Source: a virus (taxonomy: Duplodnaviria; Caudoviricetes). From it: a stretch of DNA of 64,000 nt. The notes under the pieces were generated by a model. That model had not been told where the DNA came from. It saw only the letters and a program-made list of their open reading frames with translations, and ran no database searches. Where the stretch lies: positions 1 through 64,000 of IMG/VR virus record IMGVR_UViG_3300028887_000075; one strand, 5' to 3'. Shown here piece by piece: positions 56,027 through 64,000 of the stretch (position 1 is its first letter; each line of letters opens with the position of its first letter). A program made the position numbers and the translations under genes.

Positions 56027-56892
56027 GGACAGCTCTCGTAGTCCTGTGCAAGAACCAGCAGAAGTACGCCGGGCGGATAGCGTCCGGCATTCTGTCGCAG
56101 ACGGTGAAGCCGGATACCGTACTGGTAGTGGTGGACCGTCCCGCATACGGGGAATTTGAGGAAATCCGGGAAGCATATTCCTCCGTGGAAGGTTGCCGGT
56201 TCCTCGCCGTGGAAGGGATGCCGAGACCGCTCGGGAGGCCCCGGATGCTGCACGGCATACCCCCGTTCTGTGCCGGGTACTGCCGGGATTCCGCGCTGGA
56301 ATACCTTGACGGCCAGTACGACGTTGCTATATTTACGGACGGCGACTGCATCCCGCAGTCACAGCTGGTGGAGTCCCACCTTTCCGCCACGGTTCCCGGA
56401 TGCGTCACAGTCGGGAGACGGCTGGAGAAGATGTGGGACGGGCTCGACCAGAGGCAGGCCTACAGGGAAAGGCTCATAGACATATTCGGGGAGACTCCCC
56501 GGGACATAGACAACGAGGTATACGTGGCCGATTCCGGAGTGATGTGGACATGCAACGTGGGGTTCACCGCGGACGCCGTGGGTTCTCTCCGGGAGCTCAA
56601 CCGGAGGCTGTACGGCATTTCCTGCGTATTCCACCCGGACTTCTGCGGCAGGTGGGGAGGGGAGGACGGGTTCCTCGGGATGGAGTGCCTCTACGGGGGA
56701 ATCCCGATGCGCTCGTGCCCAGTAATGGAGCATGACGGGGTGGAGCATATGGAGCACCCGCGTCCGGACGGGTACTACGACCACGGGACGTTCCTGGAGT
56801 TCCTTGACTCAAAGCGGCGGGAACTGATGTGCCTGCTGGGAATGGCCGGGAAGTTCCGGCCGCTGCTAGACATGGTGGGGATACGGAAATGA
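56023..56892 (+). CDS. Glycosyltransferase family 2
   Basis: FTDGDCIP, WTCNVG, GRWGGEDG, H..H. Confidence 0.75.
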   Translation: MRTALVVLCKNQQKYAGRIASGILSQTVKPDTVLVVVDRPAYGEFEEIREAYSSVEGCRFLAVEGMPRPLGRPRMLHGIPPFCAGYCRDSALEYLDGQYDVAIFTDGDCIPQSQLVESHLSATVPGCVTVGRRLEKMWDGLDQRQAYRERLIDIFGETPRDIDNEVYVADSGVMWTCNVGFTADAVGSLRELNRRLYGISCVFHPDFCGRWGGEDGFLGMECLYGGIPMRSCPVMEHDGVEHMEHPRPDGYYDHGTFLEFLDSKRRELMCLLGMAGKFRPLLDMVGIRK

Positions 56893-57233
56893 GGGAAGCC
56901 CCGGACTTCATGAAGGGGCCGCGGAAGGCCCTGCTGGAATGGGTGGGCGAGGACGAGCGCGTCATGGCCCTCGTCCAGTACGCCGACAGCAACGGGGTGG
57001 AGCTCCGGTTCATCCCGGGGCGGACCGTGTGCTTCATCGACGTGATGGGTCCGGACGGCACCGCGATGGTGTTCGACGGAATACACAGCATGATGATAGA
57101 CCTGGTCAGCGACCGGGTGACCCTTTTCGGCTCAGAGGACATACGTAGTCAGTTCGACATAATCGACAAGGCGTACGCCTACAAGGGCGACTTGGCGCTG
57201 AAGGCAGAAATCCGCTCCCTGCTGACTCTGTAA
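56889..57233 (+). CDS. Hypothetical protein
   Basis: ATGA-coupled to the GT2 gene. Confidence 0.6.
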   Translation: MREAPDFMKGPRKALLEWVGEDERVMALVQYADSNGVELRFIPGRTVCFIDVMGPDGTAMVFDGIHSMMIDLVSDRVTLFGSEDIRSQFDIIDKAYAYKGDLALKAEIRSLLTL

Positions 57234-57254
57234 TTTTTTGCTATATTTGGTGGC

Positions 57255-57794
57255 ATGAAGAATGCCAAGAAGAAAAAGACCGCCAAGGCCGCTGAGCAGA
57301 ACCAGCAAAAGCTCAAGGTTGTCAAGAAAAGCGACAATCCACCGACATACCAATGGGTTCGCGACGAAGATTGCAAGCCTAAAAGCAATCTTACCATAGA
57401 AATGCCGGTTACTCGCCCGTCAATCCCCACGAGCTGGATTACCACCTCCCTGGACGACATCAAGCTGCCCCGCGACTGGGGCGACATCCCGGACTATGTT
57501 CTCCGGCAGTTCACCGATAGCGCTCCCGGTAGGTCCCTGGAAAGCGAGGTGGAGCTCGACCACGTGTTCAGGCTGACCTACACGACGAAATCCTACATTG
57601 CTACCGTCCAGGTCAACATCGGCGACTGGAAGGACGAGATGGGCGAATCCATTCGTGTCGAGTCGACCACCTGGAAGGAACAGGCAAAGTACAAGGTGCA
57701 CGGGTCCGCATCGGGAAACGACATAGCGAAGCATGTCAACCTGAAGATACTATACGACCGCATAATGGACGACCTGGAGAAGTTCGGGGGCTAA
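57255..57794 (+). CDS. Hypothetical protein, probably leaderless
   Basis: ATG 7 nt after TGCTATATT. Confidence 0.7.
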   Translation: MKNAKKKKTAKAAEQNQQKLKVVKKSDNPPTYQWVRDEDCKPKSNLTIEMPVTRPSIPTSWITTSLDDIKLPRDWGDIPDYVLRQFTDSAPGRSLESEVELDHVFRLTYTTKSYIATVQVNIGDWKDEMGESIRVESTTWKEQAKYKVHGSASGNDIAKHVNLKILYDRIMDDLEKFGG

Positions 57795-57795
57795 C

Positions 57796-58032
57796 ATGAG
57801 CAGACATACAGAAGTACAAGTAAATGACGTCTGCAGCTGCGACATATGTGGCCAGCCGATAAACGGTGATGGTGGCGGCATATCCGGGCTGCGGCAGTGT
57901 GTTCTCGTCGGTAACAGGACAGTGGACGTGACATACGACATAAAGGCATTCCTGTACGACAGTCAGTCTGCGCAGGACATATGCCCGAATTGCCGGGCAT
58001 CGATAATCAAGGCCATAGCGGAGAGGTACTGA
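57796..58032 (+). CDS. Small zinc-finger-like protein
   Basis: CDIC...CPNC. Confidence 0.6.
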   Translation: MSRHTEVQVNDVCSCDICGQPINGDGGGISGLRQCVLVGNRTVDVTYDIKAFLYDSQSAQDICPNCRASIIKAIAERY

Positions 58033-58033
58033 C

Positions 58034-59182
58034 TTGACCATAGAGGAACTTGAAAGGACCGGCTGGATTGAAATGGAAGCCATAGTGGGCAGCCAGTCGT
58101 TCGGGCTGGCTACCGAGAACTCCGACGTGGACACGCGCGGGGTCTTCGTGCTGCCCATTCGCGAGCGTATCGCCTACGGGGCGATAGACCAGGTGGCAGA
58201 CGAGAAGAACAACAGGGTGTTTTGGGAGATGGCGAAGTTCCTGAAGCTGCTAAGGGATGGCAACCCGTCCGCGCTTGAGTTCCTCAATTCCCCGGAAAAA
58301 TGCATACTGAAGGGAAAGGAAATGTTCGACCTTATCCCGAAGGACATCTGGGTCACCCCCAAGTGCCGCCAGTCCTTCCTGGAGTATGCCAGGAACCAGC
58401 TGTCCCGTGCATACGGGCTAAACAAGAAGATTTTCAACCCGCAGCCGACTGAACCTCCCAGGGTCCTCGACTACTGCTACGTGGTTACCCGGGAGAAGCC
58501 CCCGGTGGCCTTCCGGAAGTTCCTCGTGATGCAGCCGGAGAGGTTCATGCGTGAGCAGAAGTGGTACGCGCTCGCCAGCCTGGACCACATCACGGACGGC
58601 TACGGGCTGTACTGGCAGGACCCCATGTCCGGCTCCTCCGAGAAGGAGCACGAGTGGCGCTGGGCCTACGGCGTGGTGAGCGACGAGGCGAAGGCCAACG
58701 ACATCCAGCTCGCCCCGCACATCCCGCAGGGGCTGCTGCCGGTGGCCACCCTGTTCTTCAACAAGAACGCCTACTCGCACGACTGCGCGGAGCATACCAA
58801 GTACTGGCACTGGGTCAAGGAGCGTAACGAGTCCCGCTACGAGGAGACCCTGAAGCACGGCAAGGGATATGACGCCAAGAACACCATGCACTGCATCAGG
58901 CTGCTGATGACCGCGAAGGAACTGGCAGAGACCGGGAAGGTACGGGTCGACCGTAGCAATGACCGGGAGTTCCTATTGGGGATAAAGGCGGGCAAGTATT
59001 CCTACGAGGAGATGATGTCACTTTCCGACCGACTGGTGAAGGAGACCGGGGAGGCGTTCGAAAAAACCCGGTGGCTCCGGCCGGTAATGACCGACGGAGA
59101 GCTCAGCGAGCTGCTGTGCAGGATTCTGCGGACAATGGAACCGAAATACAACATGATTTTAACCCGGCATGAGGATTTATGA
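58034..59182 (+). CDS. Predicted nucleotidyltransferase (pol-beta superfamily, YcgL-like)
   Basis: GSQSFGLATENSDVDTRGV, GNPSALE, YDAKNTMHCIRLL. Confidence 0.8.
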   Translation: MTIEELERTGWIEMEAIVGSQSFGLATENSDVDTRGVFVLPIRERIAYGAIDQVADEKNNRVFWEMAKFLKLLRDGNPSALEFLNSPEKCILKGKEMFDLIPKDIWVTPKCRQSFLEYARNQLSRAYGLNKKIFNPQPTEPPRVLDYCYVVTREKPPVAFRKFLVMQPERFMREQKWYALASLDHITDGYGLYWQDPMSGSSEKEHEWRWAYGVVSDEAKANDIQLAPHIPQGLLPVATLFFNKNAYSHDCAEHTKYWHWVKERNESRYEETLKHGKGYDAKNTMHCIRLLMTAKELAETGKVRVDRSNDREFLLGIKAGKYSYEEMMSLSDRLVKETGEAFEKTRWLRPVMTDGELSELLCRILRTMEPKYNMILTRHEDL

Positions 59183-59580
59183 GTGGAAACCGAACAGCAG
59201 ATATAGGAAACCTTCTCAAGAACTACGGGCAGAAGCAGGTGCTGCTGGAACTTGAGTCCCTGGTCAACCAGTACAAGCGGCACGACTCACTGAAGCCCGG
59301 CATATATACATGCGGAGTAATCGCGGGAGTTACCGGGATATATTGCCCGGTGTCGTTCATACTGGAGGCCAGGATGTCCGTGGTCGCTATGCTCGGCATC
59401 ATGTGCATTGTTTCCCTGTGCATAATATTTGCACTCTGTGCCATTACGAATCGCAGACTGTCCAAGTCTACGATACAAACGAGAATCATAGCACTGGCAC
59501 AGAAGCTGGAGGACCCGACATTAAGAGAACTATATACTAATTTCGGAAAGTATCCCAATAGCTGTGTGAGCCTTCTATGA
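59179..59580 (+). CDS. Two-TM membrane protein
   Basis: Two hydrophobic segments; coupled to both neighbours. Confidence 0.6.
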   Translation: MSGNRTADIGNLLKNYGQKQVLLELESLVNQYKRHDSLKPGIYTCGVIAGVTGIYCPVSFILEARMSVVAMLGIMCIVSLCIIFALCAITNRRLSKSTIQTRIIALAQKLEDPTLRELYTNFGKYPNSCVSLL

Positions 59581-60263
59581 GCACTGAAAGAACATTCTTC
59601 GACATAGACCTCCCGGGCACTGCCCGGCTATTCTTCGTGTCCGACACGCACTTCGGCCACAGGCGCCTCGTCACGTCCTGCCCGACGCACTTCGAGAGGT
59701 GCCGCCGGTACGAGACAGTGGACGAGATGAATGCCGACATCATGGAGAAGTGGAACGCCCAGGTAGCCCCCGGTGACTACGTGGTGTTCCTCGGGGACTT
59801 CCTGTTCGGAAAGTGGGAAGAGGGGGAGATGGATGCGGCAGACCTGTGGAATAGGCTCAACGGAATCAAGTTCTTCGTACGCGGCAACCATGACCAGAGA
59901 ATCAAGGGAGAGATAATCGACATCAGGGACTATGCCATGTTCAGGTACCGTGGTCTTACCTACCTGTGCCAGCACTTTCCTTATGGAAACGGGCCGGACA
60001 GCGACATGTCCATACTGGGACACCTGAAGTCCACGTTGAGACCGGAGACTACCGTATTGGTGCACGGCCACACCCACTTCGAGGACAGGTACTCCCGGAC
60101 GCTCCGAAAGGACTTCTCGTTGCAGAACGACGTGTCCTGGGAGGCATGGTACGGGATGGCCCCGGCGGAGAAACTATATGCAGCCAACAGGACATACGTG
60201 GGCAAGTGCCTGGGGCACCCGGTGGTGGCCAACTTCTCAAAGGAGTGCTCAGATGAGCAGTAG
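59577..60263 (+). CDS. Calcineurin-like phosphoesterase
   Basis: SDTHFGH, LGD, GNHD, HFP, HGHTH. Confidence 0.85.
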   Translation: MSTERTFFDIDLPGTARLFFVSDTHFGHRRLVTSCPTHFERCRRYETVDEMNADIMEKWNAQVAPGDYVVFLGDFLFGKWEEGEMDAADLWNRLNGIKFFVRGNHDQRIKGEIIDIRDYAMFRYRGLTYLCQHFPYGNGPDSDMSILGHLKSTLRPETTVLVHGHTHFEDRYSRTLRKDFSLQNDVSWEAWYGMAPAEKLYAANRTYVGKCLGHPVVANFSKECSDEQ

Positions 60264-60483
60264 TGACAGATACGTGATAATGAATTCTGACGGCAAGTTC
60301 GCCGTAGAGTTCGGCGGAGGCCAGCAGGTACGCTTCGGGGACTTTCATCCCCCTATCACGACCTTGTACTATTCTGAACGCGAGGCGAGGAACACCATCG
60401 CAGAACTGCACAAGCGTGGGCATTTCCTCGACGACGGCCTCAAGGTGGCCAAGTTCGGAATCATCCCATTGGAGGACACATGA
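60253..60483 (+). CDS. Small hypothetical protein
   Basis: AGGAG SD before MSSSDRY. Confidence 0.55.
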   Translation: MSSSDRYVIMNSDGKFAVEFGGGQQVRFGDFHPPITTLYYSEREARNTIAELHKRGHFLDDGLKVAKFGIIPLEDT

Positions 60484-60574
60484 AAGGCGTATCACTGGTG
60501 CCAAACCCGGCATTCGACCGGGCATGGAAACGCTTCATGAAGAAGCAGCTCAAGGAAAGCAGAGGAAATAACAA

Positions 60575-60736
60575 ATGATGGAATGCGACATTTGCGGGGA
60601 ACCGCGCCCGTGCAAGATGTACAGGTGCACATTCGGGCAGTACACCGAGTTCATGTGCCTATGCGACGACTGTGTGAAGATACAGGAAAAGGAAGGACCC
60701 GTAGTGGAGGACAAGTCTTGCGAGCCTGGTGTCTGA
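60575..60736 (+). CDS. 53-aa Cys-rich (zinc ribbon-like) protein not in the ORF track
   Basis: MMECDICGEPRPC...CLCDDC; GAGGA SD. Confidence 0.5.
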   Translation: MMECDICGEPRPCKMYRCTFGQYTEFMCLCDDCVKIQEKEGPVVEDKSCEPGV

Positions 60737-61212
60737 GTAAGCGGGGATTTACCCTATATTGCCGCGGCAAGGGATGGCATCACGAGGAGAACCCCTCGGA
60801 GGCCGTCATCTCTATTTGCTGCAACCCGGACGTTGCCAACAAGGTGCTCCGCGACCCGGACCCGCACTGGTTCGCTTCCGGTCTGCCCAACGTGTGTAAC
60901 GTAGAGTTCGACGACATCACCGAGGACGAGTGTACCTACGTAGGAACCGAGCTGGACGGGTACGACACCGTGACCGCCTACGGCATTACCCCGGATACCG
61001 CCAAGCGCATCGTGAGGTTCGTCGAGGAGCACCGGGGGATGGACTTCGTGATACACTGCAGGGCCGGTAAGTCCAGGTCCCAGGCCGTACTCCGGTACAT
61101 AACCGAGTTCTATCCGGAATATACAGAGACGAACCCGGACAACCCGTGCGTCCATCCCAACATCCACACCTATCTCGGACTCAGGAATGCCCGGGAGGAA
61201 CTCGGGCTATGA
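60718..61212 (+). CDS. Tyrosine/dual-specificity protein phosphatase
   Basis: HCRAGKSRS (CX5R); TTG start after GGAGG. Confidence 0.78.
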   Translation: MRAWCLSKRGFTLYCRGKGWHHEENPSEAVISICCNPDVANKVLRDPDPHWFASGLPNVCNVEFDDITEDECTYVGTELDGYDTVTAYGITPDTAKRIVRFVEEHRGMDFVIHCRAGKSRSQAVLRYITEFYPEYTETNPDNPCVHPNIHTYLGLRNAREELGL

Positions 61213-61325
61213 GCTGCTGCAGTACGGTAATTGCGCTTATAATAGGCGCAATAATGGTTGCTGTGGCGATAGTGGCAGGTGCCATCGAGTTTGTACTTGG
61301 ATTGCTAATGGCAATCTTCGCGTGA
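61209..61325 (+). CDS. 38-aa hydrophobic membrane peptide not in the ORF track
   Basis: MSCCSTVIALIIGAIMVAVAIVAGAIEFVLGLLMAIFA; ATGA-coupled. Confidence 0.5.
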   Translation: MSCCSTVIALIIGAIMVAVAIVAGAIEFVLGLLMAIFA

Positions 61326-61391
61326 TTATTTTGGGTATGTCAACCCAAAGTGTTGCTATTGCATAATCAAAAAATAAATTGCTATATTTGC

Positions 61392-61467
61392 AATAGGCTA
61401 ACTCCCGTTCATTTCGTAGCGAAAAATGCCTGAGCAACAACTTGGGTGGACAAAGCCATTATTTTTT
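61392..61467 (+). ncRNA. Candidate small structured RNA 1
   Basis: Own TTGCTATATTTG promoter (61379-61390); irregular hairpin closed by GGCT/AGCC and followed by a T run. Confidence 0.35.
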
Positions 61468-61488
61468 GCTATATTTGGAGAAACAACT

Positions 61489-61605
61489 AGCAGGGGGACA
61501 TTTCGTTGTGCGTATGTCCTTAAATGAGGGTCCGACGGCGGGGTCGGCTGCTGGCAGACGTGCCAGATGAGCCGGATACCCAACGCCCATTAGAAAAACC
61601 CTGCT
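61489..61605 (+). ncRNA. Candidate multi-stem structured RNA / 5' leader
   Basis: Promoter at 61466-61477; AGCAGGG/CCCTGCT, GGACAT/ATGTCC, CTGGCA/TGCCAG, CCGAC/GTCGG. Confidence 0.5.
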
Positions 61606-61631
61606 TATTAACTTAAACAGGAGACCAAACA

Positions 61632-62033
61632 ATGGCCAAGCAGAAACTTCCCAATCTTCCCCAGCATGTCAAGGACACCGTAGTTCGCTACTTCAAGGAC
61701 GTAGCCAAGAAACTCCCGGTGTGCAAGACTATCCAGCCTCTCAAGGCGGAGGAATCCAACGGAATCACCGGATTTAGCCACTTCAATGCCGAGGTGACCG
61801 AGGAGAACGCCGAGCAGATGTGGTGCAGGGATACCGTCTGCATCGCGGACGTAATCTACTTCAAGGACGGAATGGCGCTTCTTTCCGTTACAGTATACCG
61901 TCGGCTTGCCGAGTGCAACGGCCAGTATTTCGGTTCCTCCACCGAGGAGTACCATGCTGATGGCAGCAACGTCGGCTGGCTCGAGTGCCTCGCCACCAAG
62001 GTCGAGAAGAAGGAACTCCCGCAGGATGGTTGA
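61632..62033 (+). CDS. Hypothetical protein
   Basis: AGGAG SD; 133 aa. Confidence 0.7.
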   Translation: MAKQKLPNLPQHVKDTVVRYFKDVAKKLPVCKTIQPLKAEESNGITGFSHFNAEVTEENAEQMWCRDTVCIADVIYFKDGMALLSVTVYRRLAECNGQYFGSSTEEYHADGSNVGWLECLATKVEKKELPQDG

Positions 62034-62727
62034 TAACTTCGACATCGTCCGTTCGCTGATGCATTTCGAACTGGACGGGGACATCTACTTCCTGGAGATT
62101 ATCCGCCGAGGCAAGGACTTCGGGGAAACCGGGGATCGGTTTGTCAGGGACTACCATATCCACTCGTTCGAACAGTTCGACAAGCTGAAGCCCGAAATCA
62201 TCTCCCAGTGCGAATCGAATGGCGCCCGGGCCTACATCAGGCTGAACCAGAGGAACATCGAGGACGCGAACATTCACGCCCAGATGGAGATGCTGAAGGA
62301 TCAGCTGACGAGGAACCAAACTATCCGCAAGATGCGCCGTACCGGGAACACGAACACCCTGTTGCACAAGAAGCTGAACAAGATGCGCTCGGCTACCAAG
62401 GTGTACGGCTCGGTTCTCGGGCAGTACAGCTCGGAGGGCAGGGCCACGACCAAGTGGATTATCGACATCGATGCCGACAGGATTGTTCCTGACATCCCGG
62501 AGTTCGCATCGTTGGGCGCAATCGCCGACACCTACTCGAAGTTCATCGAGTCCGAGTGCGACCCGAAGGGAGTGTTCAAGGAACTGGCCAGGATTCCTTC
62601 CAAGACCGGCCTGCACCTCGTTACCCGCCCGTTCAACGTGAAGCCATTCTCCGACAGGTTCGGCAAGGACAAGAACGGGGACGCATTCGTCAAGAGCGAC
62701 GGCATAACAAACCTCTATATCCCGTAG
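62026..62727 (+). CDS. Conserved phage protein, possibly AEP/prim-pol-like fold
   Basis: ARAYIRLN, KWIIDID, PSKTGLHLVTRPF. Confidence 0.5.
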   Translation: MVDNFDIVRSLMHFELDGDIYFLEIIRRGKDFGETGDRFVRDYHIHSFEQFDKLKPEIISQCESNGARAYIRLNQRNIEDANIHAQMEMLKDQLTRNQTIRKMRRTGNTNTLLHKKLNKMRSATKVYGSVLGQYSSEGRATTKWIIDIDADRIVPDIPEFASLGAIADTYSKFIESECDPKGVFKELARIPSKTGLHLVTRPFNVKPFSDRFGKDKNGDAFVKSDGITNLYIP

Positions 62728-62762
62728 TTGATATAGTTTCTCCGGTAGATACGGAGGTTATC

Positions 62763-63059
62763 ATGAAGTTCACACTTGACGGCGTATACTGCAGCCACCT
62801 TGTAATCATTGACGACGCCGAGCAAACTCCCGGTGCATCCCGGTCGATTACCCGGTTCCGTCAGGAATGCGTCGCACCCATCGAGACTGCGATGATTGAA
62901 CTGAAGCCGCCCGACAGGTTCACCGACCTCAGCGAGGTACATAGCCTGGTATCCGGAATTCTCGGACAGCACGGGTTCAAGGTCGACCGCGCGGCCTTCG
63001 AGACTGACCGCAACGACGGACTTGTCAAGGCCACCTTCGAAATCAGCAGCGAGGAATAG
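62763..63059 (+). CDS. Hypothetical protein
   Basis: GGAGG SD; TG-A-TATAGT upstream. Confidence 0.6.
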   Translation: MKFTLDGVYCSHLVIIDDAEQTPGASRSITRFRQECVAPIETAMIELKPPDRFTDLSEVHSLVSGILGQHGFKVDRAAFETDRNDGLVKATFEISSEE

Positions 63060-63061
63060 AT

Positions 63062-63388
63062 ATGCCTACATTGCAGGACTTGACCGCCGTAAACCAGGGC
63101 GAGATGGTCGAGAAGGCCGTCGAAGCCAAGCGCGAAGAACTCCAGAACATGTGTGTAAAGGCATGGATGGCTGCATCCGAGGAATACGCCAAGTGGGAAC
63201 CTAAGAATCTCGACAAAACCGTCCCTGAACGGCTCAACCACCTGCAGGAGAACCTCTGCAAGGAATACATGAAGGCCACCATTGATGCCTTCAATTCCGG
63301 CTTCATCACCGGTCTGAACACGGCCTTCGACATCGTCGAGGCCAAGGCCATGGAGCTAGGACAGATACCCAAGGAAGCCCTGAACTAG
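63062..63388 (+). CDS. Hypothetical protein
   Basis: 108-aa ORF, GAGGA SD. Confidence 0.65.
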   Translation: MPTLQDLTAVNQGEMVEKAVEAKREELQNMCVKAWMAASEEYAKWEPKNLDKTVPERLNHLQENLCKEYMKATIDAFNSGFITGLNTAFDIVEAKAMELGQIPKEALN

Positions 63389-63412
63389 CCATGCCGGTAT
63401 AAACTCCCGGTT

Positions 63413-64000
63413 ATGCAGATGATATTCAATGAACCCGGGCCGGTATTCGAGGCGGCAAACCTTGCGTTCAACGCCCTATTTGAAGGCGTAAACGTCGCAA
63501 ACGCGCTCAGCAAGGCCAGGCACGACCTAATCAACGACTACGAAGTCGCTCCCGAAAATGCAGCATACATAGTGAACCTGGTAAAGAATACCGTGTTCGA
63601 CCCGATGGCCGCTCCCGGCGCGAAGCCGGAATCCGACCCGACGGTAAAGAAGTATATCAGCCTGATGCCCATTATCGCACGGTACGTGGCCAAAGAAATC
63701 ATCGAGATGCATTTTGGCGAGATAAACGAGAATACCAGGCAGCGTACTGCCTATCTCGGAGAGGAAATCCGCAAATATCTGGAATCGACCCCAAATCCGA
63801 ACCTTGACGAGAGCAAGTTGTTTGAACTGGACAAGGCCGGTGCATATAACGTGACCAACACGGTACCCAAGGATATGGGCTATAAGGCGATTCCGGTCAA
63901 GTCATCCGCAGAACTTAACCGGAAGCTGGTCGAACTCGGGGCAGACGAGGTACCGTGGTGCATAAGGAAGGAGGACCCGTGGAGGTCGTATTCCAATGAC
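63413..64000 (+). CDS. Partial ALFE-leader family protein (runs off the window end)
   Basis: MQMIFNEPGPVFEAANLAFNALFEG...YKAIPV...PWCI...WRSY; ATG 7 nt after TATAAACT (63398-63405). Confidence 0.75.
   Translation, partial: MQMIFNEPGPVFEAANLAFNALFEGVNVANALSKARHDLINDYEVAPENAAYIVNLVKNTVFDPMAAPGAKPESDPTVKKYISLMPIIARYVAKEIIEMHFGEINENTRQRTAYLGEEIRKYLESTPNPNLDESKLFELDKAGAYNVTNTVPKDMGYKAIPVKSSAELNRKLVELGADEVPWCIRKEDPWRSYSND

Noticed and set aside
56326-56335. TTGCTATATT promoter copy
   Set aside because: Lies inside the GT2 coding sequence, lacks the upstream T tract and the TTTG end; probably chance
61489-61605. Hammerhead or twister ribozyme assignment
   Set aside because: The hammerhead CUGANGA core is absent (CAGAUGA instead) and twister consensus elements could not be placed
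1-64000. A complete DGR (RT, template repeat, accessory gene) in the window
   Set aside because: No RT motifs in any ORF and no AAC-rich near-copy of either candidate variable region was seen
1-64000. Stop-codon reassignment (alternative genetic code)
   Set aside because: TAA, TAG and TGA all terminate recognisable full-length genes (e.g. infA TAA, dut TAG, ATGA overlaps)

Overview
This 64-kb window comes from a large, GC-rich, T4-like/jumbo myophage genome. The host is probably an anaerobe of the Fibrobacter/Bacteroidota group (inferred from five Fib_succ_major (FISUMP)-like domains and a class III ribonucleotide reductase). Core genes: T4 gp17-type large terminase, gp3-like tail terminator, sigma70-family factor, nrdD/nrdG, dUTPase, Dda-like helicase, PhoH, ClpP, Hsp20, two AAA+ ATPases, RNA ligase, phosphoesterases, glycosyltransferases, IF-1, IF-3 and tRNA-Gly(CCC). 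Most notable: (1) a dispersed family of proteins with an N-terminal '[YF]xALFE[GD]' leader and a conserved ~290-aa core joined to different C-terminal modules, one ending in a DGR-like variable region; (2) nrdD broken at its catalytic Cys by an atypically split intein whose C-fragment is fused behind a GIY-YIG endonuclease; (3) two recurrent promoter motifs, often 6-8 nt from the start codon (leaderless mRNAs), alongside phage IF-1 and an IF-3 with a duplicated N-domain; (4) an AT-rich cassette of FISUMP/lectin receptor-binding modules; (5) two candidate structured RNAs at ~61.4-61.6 kb, tandem NrdR boxes and a phased DnaA-box-like array. No reverse transcriptase, DGR template repeat, integrase or CRISPR array was seen. 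All product calls come from motif recognition by eye, not database searches.
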